A stretch of DNA of 64,000 nt from positions 1,426,001-1,490,000 of the forward strand of contig CAKKNE010000001.1 in NCBI GenBank assembly GCA_918797485.1, in the 5' to 3' direction. How positions within the stretch are numbered: the stretch's first letter is position 1; each line of letters opens with the position of its first letter. Below, one piece after another: positions 22,824 through 34,551 of this stretch. Both the position numbers and the translations under genes were made by a program. Below the pieces are notes generated by a model. The model made no database searches, had not been told where the DNA came from, and saw only the letters and a list, made by a program, of their open reading frames with translations. Origin of the DNA: Pelagomonas calceolata (Eukaryota).

Positions 22824-24737
22824 ATGCCGCTCCTCAGCCCCTCGGCCAAGAAGAAGCAGCAGAAGATCGGCGGCGTCCCCCTGGACCTGGCGAGAGCCGT
22901 GCTCGGCGCCGTTTTCGATACATTAGATGAAACGCGCACGGGCAGCCTCGAGGTCGCGGAGCTGCAGCGCGTCGGTTTTAAGACCGCCACGATGGTCGGC
23001 AGCCCCTCGGACGCCCAGGTGGACCGCGAGGCGTTTGTGAGGACGATCGTGTCGCTGTTAGGTCGCAAGAACGCCGACGACTCGGCGAAACTGCTGCCCG
23101 AGGCCGTGGCGTTGTGTGGACGGGTGTTCCGGTTGCGAGCGGCCGCGGCGGCGCGCGACGCCGCCGATTTAGCGCGGGCCGAGGCCGAAGAAAAAGCTGA
23201 CGTCGCGCGGTACGCGGCACGGACGCGGGCCGAGCGCGCGACGACGGACGGGCGACGGGCCGAGGCGGCCGCCGCGGAGGGGCGTCGGATCGCTGATGGG
23301 TTGCGGGGGCGCCTGGAAGCCGCCGAGGACGAATTAGGGAGGGTGCGCGCTGCGTTGAGGGACGCGACGGCCGACGCGGAGGCCACCGCGGCGAAGATGG
23401 AGCGTTTGCAGGAGGCCCTCGCGAAGGCCGACAATGGTCGCGTCGCGGACCTCGAGCAGGCCTTGGCTGCGGCGAACGAACGCGTCCGTGAAACGCCGAC
23501 GGACGATGCTGGGCTCCGCGACCAGCTCATAGAAGCGCGGGAGAATGTCAAGGCCGTCCTCGCGCGGGCCGACAACGCCGAGAAGCGCGCGTCTGCGGCC
23601 AGCGAATCAATAGCGGCGGCAACAAAACGCGCCGAGGCCGCCGAGGCCTTGGTCGAGGCGGCTCAGCGGCGCGAGGTCGAGGCCGTGACGGACGCGACCA
23701 ACCGAGTCGAGAGCGCCGAGATCGCGCGCGACGCGGCACAGCGGCGCGCCGCCGCGGCCGAGGCCGCGATCTCGTCCTCGGCCGACGCCGTCACGGCGGC
23801 GACGCGCCGCGCCGACAACGCCGAAAAACGCGCTTCGAAGGCGGAGGAAGCCATGACCGCCGCCGTCCAGCGCGCCCAGACCGCCGGCGACGCCGTCGCG
23901 GCGGCCGGCGACGCGGCGGCGCTCCTCGCGCAGGCCGAATCCAGAATTTCCGAGGAAAGGCGACGCGCTGCCGCCGCCGAGGCGACGCGGGACGAGGAAC
24001 AGCGCCGCGCCGTCGCCGCCGAGGCAAAACGGGACGAGGAGCGCCGCCGGGCAGACGCCGCCGAGACAAAACAGACCGAGGCGTCCCGGCGCGCCGCGCG
24101 CGCCGAGAAGGCCCTGGCGACCGCGGTCGACCGCGAAAAAGCAGCGGAGGCGAAAACGAATGAAGTAATACGGCGCGCGAAGACCGCGGAGACGGCCGCG
24201 GGCATGGCGGAGGCGGCCGTCCAGGCGGCGGTGCGCAAGGCCGAGCGTGCCGAGGCCGAGCTCGCGCGTGCGGCCCCCGCGGAGCTGGACACCCTCCGCG
24301 AGGACCTCGCGCGCGCGAAGTCCGCAAGGGACCAGGCCGAGGCGCGCCTCGCCAAGGGCGGCTCGGGCGCCGCGGACCACTTTCGGGCCGCTTTATCCGG
24401 TCTACTCGCCGGGCTTTCATTGGACGATAAAAATTCAGATGAAGGCGCCCTCGACGTCGCCGAGCTCCTAGACGCGGGCGCCGAGCCCGACGTCGTCGCG
24501 GCCATTGACACGGAGGGGCGTGGCCGCATCGCACCTGCGGTTTTAGTGGATATTTTGGCGCAGTCTTCCACCTACCAGTCCGCGGAGCAGTCCGCAAGTA
24601 TGCTACGGGAGTGGGCCCAGATTGCGGTAGCCGTCCTCGACGACCGGCACCGCGCGCGGCGGAATCGGGAAAACGACGCGGGGTCGGGCTACAACGTCGG
24701 CGCGATGTTCTGCGGGCTGGACTTCTCGGGGGAGTAA
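22824..24737 (+). CDS. Coiled-coil protein with degenerate EF-hand-like motifs at both ends
   Basis: FDTLDETRTGSLEVAEL and DKNSDEGALDVAEL flank an Ala/Glu/Arg-rich coil. Confidence 0.7.
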   Translation: MPLLSPSAKKKQQKIGGVPLDLARAVLGAVFDTLDETRTGSLEVAELQRVGFKTATMVGSPSDAQVDREAFVRTIVSLLGRKNADDSAKLLPEAVALCGRVFRLRAAAAARDAADLARAEAEEKADVARYAARTRAERATTDGRRAEAAAAEGRRIADGLRGRLEAAEDELGRVRAALRDATADAEATAAKMERLQEALAKADNGRVADLEQALAAANERVRETPTDDAGLRDQLIEARENVKAVLARADNAEKRASAASESIAAATKRAEAAEALVEAAQRREVEAVTDATNRVESAEIARDAAQRRAAAAEAAISSSADAVTAATRRADNAEKRASKAEEAMTAAVQRAQTAGDAVAAAGDAAALLAQAESRISEERRRAAAAEATRDEEQRRAVAAEAKRDEERRRADAAETKQTEASRRAARAEKALATAVDREKAAEAKTNEVIRRAKTAETAAGMAEAAVQAAVRKAERAEAELARAAPAELDTLREDLARAKSARDQAEARLAKGGSGAADHFRAALSGLLAGLSLDDKNSDEGALDVAELLDAGAEPDVVAAIDTEGRGRIAPAVLVDILAQSSTYQSAEQSASMLREWAQIAVAVLDDRHRARRNRENDAGSGYNVGAMFCGLDFSGE

Positions 24738-24832
24738 TAATAGTTGTCGACCACCGTCAGCCGCCACGCCATCGACGCGGCGTCTGCTCGATGGCGTGGA
24801 GGGGGAAAGGAATGACAAAAGGATTCACAATG

Positions 24833-27800
24833 CTACTTCTTATACTCGAGGTTGTCCACGACCGCCAGACCTTTGCTATTCCTCTCGACCTTCTCCTCGG
24901 ACGGCGCGAAGACCGTATCCTTGTCGTGGAACGCCGCTTCTCTTTCACGTTTATTAAGTAAAAGCATCTTCCGGTACATCTTGCGCTTCTGCAACCTACG
25001 ATCGCGCTGCTCCCTCCAGTAGCCGTAGGGGTTCGCGAGCAGCTTCCCGTATTTCCCCATGAAGCCCAGCTTCGACTGGTCCTCCATGAGCAACCGTCTT
25101 AATTCTTCAAGCTCCTCCTGGTCCTTGGTCTTGGCTTTGGACAGGTTGTACATAGTGGTGTCCTTTTCGTACTGGAGCCGCTCGACCTCGACCTGCGCGG
25201 CGCGTCGCGGTTCGGTCGACGCGCGTCGGGTCCACCAGATGTGATTTCGAGTGCATTCGGACGCCGCGAGCGCACCTGGAGCTCCCCCACTTTCTTCGCA
25301 TGCGTCTCGGCCGCCAGCTGGAACTTCAGGAAGTTGTGGTGCTCCCTTAATTCGTCCTCCAACATAAACTCCTCGGGCTTGTCGTAGCGCGTCTCGCCCG
25401 TACTCACGTTGTAGTAGTACGTCTGCTCGCCGGCCACGCGGCCGACCATCTTCTGCCAGCCCTGTTTTGCTTCGAGGTAGGGTATCGTCGGGTGTTCCTT
25501 GAGCTGGCCGTGGCTATGCGTCTCGGCGAAGCACTTGTCGCAATATTCGTCCCGGCAGACCTTGCACACCACTGACGCCTTGGCCTTGCCGCACACGAGA
25601 CAATGCTTCTCGCCTGATTTCAGCTCCTCTTTATCTTGGTCCGCGCCCCGCCAATTATGTTCATTAACAGCGTCTTCGTCGTGGGCCTGCGTGGATCGAT
25701 ACCGTCAGAGCTCGCTCACGCGACGCGCAGGCTCTCGTGTGATCATGACGACGCCATCGTGGCGTCGCGAGGACGCCATCGACGCGAGTTCAAGTTGAGA
25801 AATGGAAGGAAACCACGCTGAGTCACTGACCTTCTCGAAGCACTCGTTGCAGTAAAACAACCCATCTACTCCAGCATCGGGACACGAGAAACAGACCTTC
25901 TTCGCCTCCAATCTCATACAAACCATGCAGGGCGGGAACCAGGCGCTTTCTAGGGTATCTTGGTTGAAGTAGTAGACGTTCCCTTTCGCGTCGGTCTGCT
26001 TGATCCAGACCTGCGCGGCGCATCGCGGTCGTTCGACGGTCGACGCGCGTCGTGTCCATCAGAGAAGGCGATGGGTGGTCTCTGGTCCGAATTTGAGCCG
26101 CTTCGGGCATCGCGGTCGCTCGACGCGGTCCGAACGGCCTCGAACTCGAAAACGAGACCACTCTCATGGAAGTGAGATGGAGGCGAGTACGGGACGCCGC
26201 AACCAAACCTCCTCGGCCGGCGGGTACCAGCCCTCCGGCTTCTCGTAGCTCGACTCGCCCGTGACCCAGTTGTAGTAGTAGTTCGTGCCCTCCTCGTCGG
26301 CGCCCATCTTCCAGCTACTCAGCTCGACCTGTTTTAACGCTTGTTCGGCGAGCTCCTGGGCCTTCTCCGCGTCTCGCCGCTCGTGTCTAGCCGCCTCGAC
26401 TCTGCGTCTTTGTTCTCTCTCGGCGTCTAACCTCTGGGCGGCGGCCTGGAACCGTAGCTCGAGCAATCTGTTAAATAGATAACATTGCACACATCGTTGT
26501 ATTTGAAAGGCCGCGTCTTCCTGCAGTTCTAGTTCTTCGCGTCGCGCGTCCCGGTCCCTGAGAGCTAGGACTCGAGCCCGCTCGGCGCATCTCTCCAGAT
26601 AAGCCAACCAGTTCCGCTGGATGCACTCCGCACTCTCTAAGCGTTCTCGTAACGTCTCCTCCAAGTCAAGTCTCTCGCGCTGCGCGTCGAAGCGTCTACA
26701 CAGATATTTCCAGTCGAGCCAGCGTCGGATCGCTCGTCGGAACACGAGAGCCGCGTCGTCGCGACGCACCTGCTCGACGACCTCCGCACACATTCGTTCG
26801 TTGTTCTCCACGCGTCGCCTCGCAATTATTCTCAGGGGCTGGTTGTACCGCCACTTCATCGCGAACCAGTGCTTCGCGACGAGCCGCGACATGCGATCGC
26901 GCTTCGCATGGCGTTTCTTCACATTCCTCCGTTGAATGTAGGCTACGAGTCGCAAATACGTGTGTTTCCGGTCCCAGTGCCTCCGATAGTTCTTGGAGAT
27001 CAATGCCACGGCATCATTACGACGTTGTCTTCGTTTCTCAACCTCCCGCAAAGCTCTCGAACCGTCTATTCTTCTTTGAATATACCTCTGTGATCTACGT
27101 CTCTCGAGCGCCCTCCTCAGTAGACACACGGCGGCACTCGTAGCCACAGTCTGCGCTTTACTACGATGCTCAAGATCGTTCGCGTCGAACCTTAGAGCTA
27201 ACACGCGTCGTTGCAGCGTCCGATGCCAGAAGTGCGTGATGACATCGGCCGCCGAAGTCCGTCGGACAAACGCGTCGTGCTCGTCTCTAACGTACTGGAC
27301 TCGTAAACGCGAAAGCCACATGTACAGTGCCACTTGAATCTTCAATGCTGTTCTATTGTGCCAATCTAATCTACGACGCATGCGGTCGCGCCAGATGCGC
27401 TGCTCGTACCTCGCTGCAGCATCCCTCGTTACCGACTTGGCCTTGTGCTCGTCGCTCAGCAGCATAAACAGGTAGTTCTTCGCTAGGAGAGCGACGGCGT
27501 CCGCCGAGGCCGACTCGGCCCATTTCCAGTCTCGATACAGGAGCACTTTACGGTACGTCTTGATAAGAACCGCAGCCGCGATCATTTCAGCAAGTAGCTC
27601 GCACTTGTCGTAGAATAGAGCTAGGTAAGCTTCTCTAGCTTTCCTTTTGAGCACGAGAATCTGGCGCATGTTCCAGGTCCGCACGCGCTTCTGGAGCATG
27701 ACGGCGCAAATTTCCGGAGCCTGGTGCGTCGCCGCCGTGAGGACGGGGCCGCGCTCCTCATTCCTCGTTAACCGAAATATGTATTGGGAAGCCGGCTCCA

Positions 27801-29643
27801 ATCCCACAATGGTAGTTGTTCCGCCGAAGAAGGGTAGAATAGTCGCGTCAATTGTATGTGTTATACTTCCGACCTTGTTGTACTCTAGCTTGACATCTTG
27901 ACCACCGTCTACCTTGATAGTGATGGACGTGTCGGAATGGTCCACAAACACCGGCTTTGTTAATGGAGGCGGCGGCGGGGGCGAGTACTCCGCTCTTAAA
28001 CGCCTCATCTCTTCCTCGTGAGCTAACATAGCTTCTAACCTTCTCAATTCCTCGAGCTCGGCCTGCTCGGCGGCCGCGGCTAGATCCCCTCCAGCTAATG
28101 CTGCTTCGTCGAACCCGTCACCGGCCGCTGCTGCTCTAGCCGCGTCTTTCCGCACGAGGCGCATCCGGTCGAGCTCCCTTGATTTGGCCTCGCGCAGCTC
28201 CAGAGCTCTCCTGCGCCGCTCCGCAATTTGGGCATGTAATTCATCAATCTTCGACTGGCGCTCGGCGATTTCCTCGTGGGTCAACGCACCTTTCTTGGAC
28301 ATGAGTTTTTTCTCGCGCCACCTTACTAGGTTGGCCGACATCCTATTGCTTCGCGATTTGTCCGCCTTGAGGAAGTGCATGAACTTGCCCAATGTGAGGC
28401 CGGCGGCGGCCTCGCGATCTAGTTGTTTTTGTCTGATTCTTCGCGCTAGTTCGATGCGAGCTAATCGTAGCCGCACGCGATGCTGTATCACACACGCGTT
28501 CGTATATGAGCGATCAGCTAGAGTCCTTGACCGGACAAGTCGCGCCGCTCGGAACTGCTGTCTTTGAAATGTAGCAATAGTCAGCAAGGCACAAGCATCG
28601 GCGTGCTCTCGCCGTCTTTTAAGCTTGAAGAGCAATCTCCGACCGGCCCACCGCGCTAGCGTCTGACGAACAAACTTCTGCAATACTCTAGCAGCCGCGT
28701 TCCGTAGCCTCCGTCGCTCGGCCCTTCTCAACAAAATCATGTGTCTATGCCAAATTCTAATACGTCTTTGGCAAGCTAAGTCGCACGACATCTCCAGCAC
28801 CCGATACCACCGATTGATCGCATCATGCCGCGCCTTCACGATCACTTTGGCCACGAACTCCTGGCTCCGCAAGAACTTGACGCCATGACACCAGCGGTCC
28901 CAGATGAGCCGGTAATTATATAGCCTTTCTCTTCTATATATTGATAGAGCATAGGACAAACGTCGTCTGAGTACTTCCTTGTGCTGGCCCGTCTCGATCA
29001 GAAAGCTAATAGGTAGCGAGTCCCTCACATGTTCTATCGACGTCAACTGGTCGAAATAAGCCCCTCGTGATGCGCCAGCGGCCCAGGCGTCCTTCAGCGC
29101 CAAAGCAGCGTCGACGGTCTGCTTCGGCTTTGAGAATTGAGCGAGTCTATCGCGGGACGGACTCCTTGATCTATCTCCCCGCCGCTTCTTCTTCTTCCGG
29201 CCGCGGTACAAACTGTCCGTCGATGCCTGATTCTCGACGTCGTGCGTCGGCGACGGGATTCGCGGCGGCTGCACTATTTCTTGGTCTGCTGGAGCGCCGT
29301 ACAGACCAGGGGCGCCCTTCACGGCTCGATCCCTCCGAATGGCCGCTAGCTCCGGGGGCTCGTTCGGATCTGCTACGTACAAAGGTTCGAGCCTCCCGGC
29401 GGGCGGCGTCCTCCGTCGCCGCCGATGCTGCTGTCGATGTGGCGTTGAGAGTAGGACTAGTTCTTCCCTCGTCGGGCTGAGAGGTCTTTCGCGAGACGGC
29501 GGCAGCTTCACCCTCCTTAGTCTCCCAACCGGCGACGACGCGTCCCGTAATGGCGACGGCGACCTCGAGCGACTGCGGAGGGAACCCCGCGAGACCACGG
29601 AGTCCTCTCTTGCTATATCCGCGGCCCAGGAGTCCCAGTCCAT
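24833..29643 (-). CDS. Large IQ-motif / FN3 / WW / B-box protein, 4 exons
   Basis: Many IQxxxR motifs; GLEPASQYIFRL (FN3); WW domains (YYYNWVTGESSYEKP, YYFNQ, YYYNVSTGETRYDKP); B-boxes (CxxC...CDKCFAETH). Introns 26011-26208, 25687-25830 and 25193-25275 all restore the frame. Confidence 0.85.
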
Positions 29644-30129
29644 CCTCGCGGCGCGCGGCGGCGGCGCCCAGGCTGCCCCTCACAGCTTCCTTGGTCTGGC
29701 GGCGGCTGCCCTTCGCTGTTGTTTGGGGCTGGGTCAGCCCGATGGCAAGTCCGGGGCCATGCCGGGCCGGTGCTCCCGCCCGCGACGGCTCCCTGCAGGC
29801 CTTCAAAGGCTTTGCGCTAGCTCTCCCTTGGCTCGCCCCGCACGCTACCAAAGGCTGTCTATGAGTCCGTCCGGCTGCTGACTTCGTGGGCGGAGACGTG
29901 CGCGGCTGGAGATGCGTCGTGTCTGTTTTCTGTCGGGTTTGCAGGCAACAACAAGACAAACTGGCACTGCACGCGAATACGAGCTAAAGCGGAGGCCACG
30001 GCTTGCGCACGTGGTCCTCTTTAGGTGCCGACACTCGGTTAATAAGCTCTGCGGGCAGCCCTTCGATTGGGAGCGGTACAGAACTTGGCAAAAGCAGCGT
30101 TTGGACAGGGCAAGTGCGCACACGCAGCG

Positions 30130-33039
30130 ATGGACGCGGCCCTCGTGGATTTTGTGAATGGCCTACCATCATTAAGCTGCGCCCTCGTCTCGACCTACGA
30201 GGACCTGGAGGATGGTAAAGCTGTAATAGAGGCGGCGCAGCACGTCCTCGGGTGCGCCGAGGCGGACGCGCACGCGTCGCTGGAAGCGCTGAGTGGGGTC
30301 GACGCCGGACGTTTGGAGAGATGCGAGGTCCGGGCGCAGCTCGACGCGCTGGACGCGCTCCGGAGGAAACGGCAGACGCCCTCGGGACCCGTGCCCCGTC
30401 CAGTCACGACCGCGCCGCATGCGCGCGACAAGGCGTTGTGCGACGCGTGCCGCGACCTTTGTGGGAATGATGTGGCGGCCGACGTCGCCGAGGCGCTGCG
30501 GCCGCCCGACCCGCGAGCTCTATGCGACGCGGCCGCGCGGCGCCACCGCAGCCTGGTCGTCGTGGAGCTCGCCGCTCGCGTGCTGCGCAAGGGCGGCGCC
30601 GCGAAAGCCGAGGTGAAACTCGTCTCGAAAGACCGCTGGGAGCTGGCGGGCACGGACCGCCAGCGCTTCTCGTCGGGCGCCGCCGTCTCGAATGTTAGAA
30701 GAGCGCTCGCCGCTTTACGGTCGTCGCGCGTCTTAGATCAGAAGATGCGGCTGCGCTGCGCCGTGCCGGCGTCGGCCGTGGCCGCCGGCGACGCCGAGGC
30801 GCTGCGGAGGGTCGTCCGCGTCGCGCTCGACGCGCTCTCCACAAAGAGCGTACCGGACGACTCCTCGGATTCCGATGTCGAGGCGCCGCGCGCCTCGCCG
30901 CCGCCGTCCTCGCCTCCACCAAAACGGCCGTCGCCGGCCCGGGACGAGCCGCCGCCGCCGCCGCGGCCGCGCCCGCCCCGCGCCACACCACCATCAGTGC
31001 CTCCGCCCCCGCGCCCGCGGCCTCCATTATCTCGCAGTCGCACGCCTCAGCGCGGCGAGCTGCGCTCGACCTCCCGGTTCGTGCCCGTCCGCGCGGCCGC
31101 GACGCGCGAGCGCCCCCGTCCGAGGTCGGCGGCGAGCTCGACGTCCGAGCGGCGCCGCGCCGCGACGCCGCCCCCGGCGGCACCACCGCGCGACGAGAAA
31201 GCGCTGGCAATGACGGGGAACGTCGCCGAGCTCAAGGCCTTCCTGCGGCGGCGCGACCTCGAGAAGCGGCGCGCGCGGTCCCAACCGGCGCCCGCGACCC
31301 AGCGCCGCCCGGTCCCGCAGCGGCCCACGCCTCCCAAAGCGTCGCCGCTCCTCCGACGAGCGGGAGAAGCGCCGCTCCCGGCGCCGCCCGACGACGTCCT
31401 GGCGAAGGCGCGGCACGAGAAAGCGCGCCAGGAGGCTGCGCGGCGCGTGAGACGGTGGGTCGACCCCGCCTCCAAACGGAAAAGGCCGCAGACCGCACCG
31501 ACGCGGTCTCGAGTCAAACGGCCCCCTCCCAAAATGCCGCCTCCCGTGTCCGACTGCGAATCTGTATCAGACGACGACGGCGCCTACTACCTGCCCCCGC
31601 CGTCTCGAAAAGACGAGCTCGCTTCAAGAGCATGGCTCGCGTCCCTCGGCTTCCGGTGCGCCGTACAGAGTCCGTCGCTGGCAAACCCGCTGACGAACGG
31701 CGCGCTCTTCGCCGACGTCGTGCTGAAGCTCGTTGACGTATCGATGATTCCACCGCGCGACCGCGCCATCCTAGATCGCGCCGTTTCAGGAAGGAGGCCG
31801 GCGTCGCGAAAAAGTGCGCGCGCGCGAGTGCGGTGCGCCCTGCGCTGCTTGAGGCATCTTCCCGTGCCGCGGAGTTATCTGGGCCGCGCGGCGCCCTTCG
31901 TCGGGTCCTCAGACTGCGCGTGGCCTTTATTAGCGGCGCTTTCGAAACTCGAGGCGCCGGGGCCTCGTGGTGTGGACGCGGAGGTCGACCGCCTTCCCGA
32001 TGTAGCGGAGAAGACGCGGCTCAGCCTCGCCATCTACCGCATGACGCCGGAAGAGATAGGGGTGCTCATCGAGAAGCTCCAGCGCTTGTGCCCGGCCGCC
32101 ATCGAGGAGGAAAGCAAGGACGAGATCTCTATCAGCGTCGACAAGATCGACGCGCGCACGTTCCGCGAGCTCGACCGGGACTCATCCAATGAGGACGCGG
32201 AGCCCCTCGCGCACGACCTGCTGCAGGCCTCGCGGGCCGCCGACGTTCGGTCCTCAAAGGAGCTGACGGCGACGGGCGCCCGGGTGCGGACCGTCGCGGC
32301 GGGGCTCCACGAGACGGTGCCGGCGCCGGCGGAGCCCGACGAGCCCGCGCCGCCGCGCGACGCCGCCGACGCGGCGCCGCCGCCGTTTCCTGCCGCCGAC
32401 GATCTCGACGCCGCCGACGCGACTCCATCTAAATTCCCGCGGCCGTGGCGCCTCGCCTACGCGGCCGAGGACCGATCGCAGTTAAGGCGGGCGCTCGACC
32501 GCTGGCTCGCGGAGCTCGGGGTCTGCGAGCGCGCGCCCGCTCTCCAGGTCGACGTGCTGAAGCGGGACCTCTCCGACGGTATGGTCCTTTGTGCATTGGC
32601 GGAGCGCCTCACGGGCGTCAAGCTCGCGCCGCTGCCCCCGAAGACGCCTTCACTAAGGCGGGCGAACCTGCGGAAGGCCCTCGACGTGCTGCGCGACTGG
32701 GACGTGCCCCTGGGCTGGCGCCACCCGGCGCCGGCCACGGAAGCGGGATGTGAACGCGGGGACTGGGGTTGTTTGTTGCCGCTGCTCGAGGACTGCTACC
32801 GGTGTTCCCTCAAGTGGGCGCCGCGGGCGGCCTTCACGGAAGGTGTCTCGGCGGACGTCGCGGCCGACGGCGAGGCCGTAGATTGTTCGGGAAATGCCGT
32901 GCGGCCCTGCGTCGGCGCCGTGCGCGCCCGCCCGCCGCCGCGGCGGTTAGGTGAAGAGGAGGACGCGCCGCCCGTGGCGCGGCGCTGGTCCGAGCAGTCG
33001 TTCGTGCGCCGGGCGCCGCGGCCGATGCCTCGTGATTAA
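30130..33039 (+). CDS. Calponin-homology-like domain protein with Pro-rich linker and an ET (NET) domain
   Basis: YEDLEDGKAV, NPLTNGALF and RDLSDGMVLCALAERL...RRANLRKALDVL (CH-like). EKTRLSLAIYRMTPEEIG...DEISISVDKIDARTFREL (ET-like). Confidence 0.7.
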   Translation: MDAALVDFVNGLPSLSCALVSTYEDLEDGKAVIEAAQHVLGCAEADAHASLEALSGVDAGRLERCEVRAQLDALDALRRKRQTPSGPVPRPVTTAPHARDKALCDACRDLCGNDVAADVAEALRPPDPRALCDAAARRHRSLVVVELAARVLRKGGAAKAEVKLVSKDRWELAGTDRQRFSSGAAVSNVRRALAALRSSRVLDQKMRLRCAVPASAVAAGDAEALRRVVRVALDALSTKSVPDDSSDSDVEAPRASPPPSSPPPKRPSPARDEPPPPPRPRPPRATPPSVPPPPRPRPPLSRSRTPQRGELRSTSRFVPVRAAATRERPRPRSAASSTSERRRAATPPPAAPPRDEKALAMTGNVAELKAFLRRRDLEKRRARSQPAPATQRRPVPQRPTPPKASPLLRRAGEAPLPAPPDDVLAKARHEKARQEAARRVRRWVDPASKRKRPQTAPTRSRVKRPPPKMPPPVSDCESVSDDDGAYYLPPPSRKDELASRAWLASLGFRCAVQSPSLANPLTNGALFADVVLKLVDVSMIPPRDRAILDRAVSGRRPASRKSARARVRCALRCLRHLPVPRSYLGRAAPFVGSSDCAWPLLAALSKLEAPGPRGVDAEVDRLPDVAEKTRLSLAIYRMTPEEIGVLIEKLQRLCPAAIEEESKDEISISVDKIDARTFRELDRDSSNEDAEPLAHDLLQASRAADVRSSKELTATGARVRTVAAGLHETVPAPAEPDEPAPPRDAADAAPPPFPAADDLDAADATPSKFPRPWRLAYAAEDRSQLRRALDRWLAELGVCERAPALQVDVLKRDLSDGMVLCALAERLTGVKLAPLPPKTPSLRRANLRKALDVLRDWDVPLGWRHPAPATEAGCERGDWGCLLPLLEDCYRCSLKWAPRAAFTEGVSADVAADGEAVDCSGNAVRPCVGAVRARPPPRRLGEEEDAPPVARRWSEQSFVRRAPRPMPRD

Positions 33040-33045
33040 TTAGTT

Positions 33046-34202
33046 TTACTCTACTTGGCGCCCGTCTTGCCCTTCTTCGTCTTCGAGGCGGCCGCGGCGT
33101 CCTTGGCGCCCGTCGCGCCGCCCTTGCCCTTTTTCGTCTCGGAAACCTGTTTTGCCGTCCTTCGCGCCGTTGTTTTCCTTGGCCCGCGGCGGCGGCGGCG
33201 GCTTCTTCTTCTTCGGCTTCGGCTTGTCCTTGACGAGCGGCTTCGAGCCGAGAGCGTTCGCCAGCTTCTCGAGCTCGCGCTCCTGCTCCTCCTCGGCCCG
33301 CAGTTTCTGCTCGGCCGCGTCCGCGGCCGCCTTCACGCGCGCCGCGCGCTCGGCCTTGGCGGCCTTGGCACCCTTCGCCTCGCGGCAGTACGACAATAAC
33401 GTCTGGCGCTCCTGGCCGCTCGCGTCGCGGACCGTGACATACAACTCTTCGGGATCGTCGCGGTGGATCTTGACGACTGTGGCGATGGTTTCAGTACCTT
33501 TCTTGGTCACGAAGACCTTCGATCCCTTCTTCAATGTATCAGCAAACGCCGCCTGCTTGCGCATCTGCGTGGGAAGGGAGGCGTACACCCACGCCATCGC
33601 CGCGATGTCGCGAGTCGCGAGTTGGAGACAGGACGCCGGGCGCGAACCTTCTGGCGCTTCGCCTTGGCGGCCTTGGCCTGGGACTTGGAGAGCGGTGGCG
33701 CGGGCGCGGGCGCCGGGGCGGCGGCGGCCTTCTTCCGCGCCGCCCGTTCCGCCCGTTCCCGCTCTTCCTCGTCCTCGAGGCCTGGAGGGCCAGAATCCTC
33801 CGAGTCGTCCGAGTCGTAGTCCGAGTCCTCGGAGTCGGAGCCGCCGGCCGAGCCGCCGGCCGAGGCGCCGTTCTCCTCGAGGCCTGGCGGGCCGTCGTCA
33901 TCGTCGTCGAGACCGGTGTCGAGACCGGGCGGGCCGGACTCGTCGGAGCAGTCGGACTCGTAGTAGTCGCTGTCCTGCTTGCGGCGCGCGTCCCAGACTT
34001 TCGCCGCTACTTCCAGCCGGCGCAGGTCGAGGGTCGCGACGAAGGCGCACGTCTGCGCGACGGCCTCCGAGGCGCGCCGTTCCAGGTCCGCGCGATCGAG
34101 GCAGTCCTTGTGCTCCAATGCGCCGGCCTCGATGACGGTCTTTAGATCCTTGATCTTCAGGGCGGAGAGCGCGAGCGGGTCGCTTGTGGCGCCGGCCGCC
34201 AT
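33046..34202 (-). CDS. Hypothetical protein, 2 exons
   Basis: Intron 33565-33647 (GT..AG) joins KRQK/MRKQAAF. N-terminal LKIKDLK...DCLDRADL motif and an SH3/Tudor-like ATVVKIHRDD...YVTVR...ERQT segment. Confidence 0.65.
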
Positions 34203-34551
34203 GCTTGGATTTGGGTCACTCGGACTCGCTCTTCGCGTCCGCGACAGTGCTCAGCGGCTAGAGCAATTGTCCTCTGGTCCTCGCGCGACGAATGCTTGGG
34301 CCACGGCGCTTTAAATCGCCGTCGCGCGTGTGCGAGGCAAATTGAGGCCCAATCAAAACAGGTTTTACAGCGCGGTCTGTCGCTCGCACGTGCGCAAACA
34401 AGAAGCACTCAGTGGCTATTCAATCGCACCGCGCGCTGCTGACTCTCGAACTCCGACTCTGAGAACCGCTTAAGTACTCTCCTCTGAGACCTTAGTCATC
34501 AGACGCGGACCGGCGTCGTCGCTATCTGAGGCCCTGGCCTTCCTCGATGCG

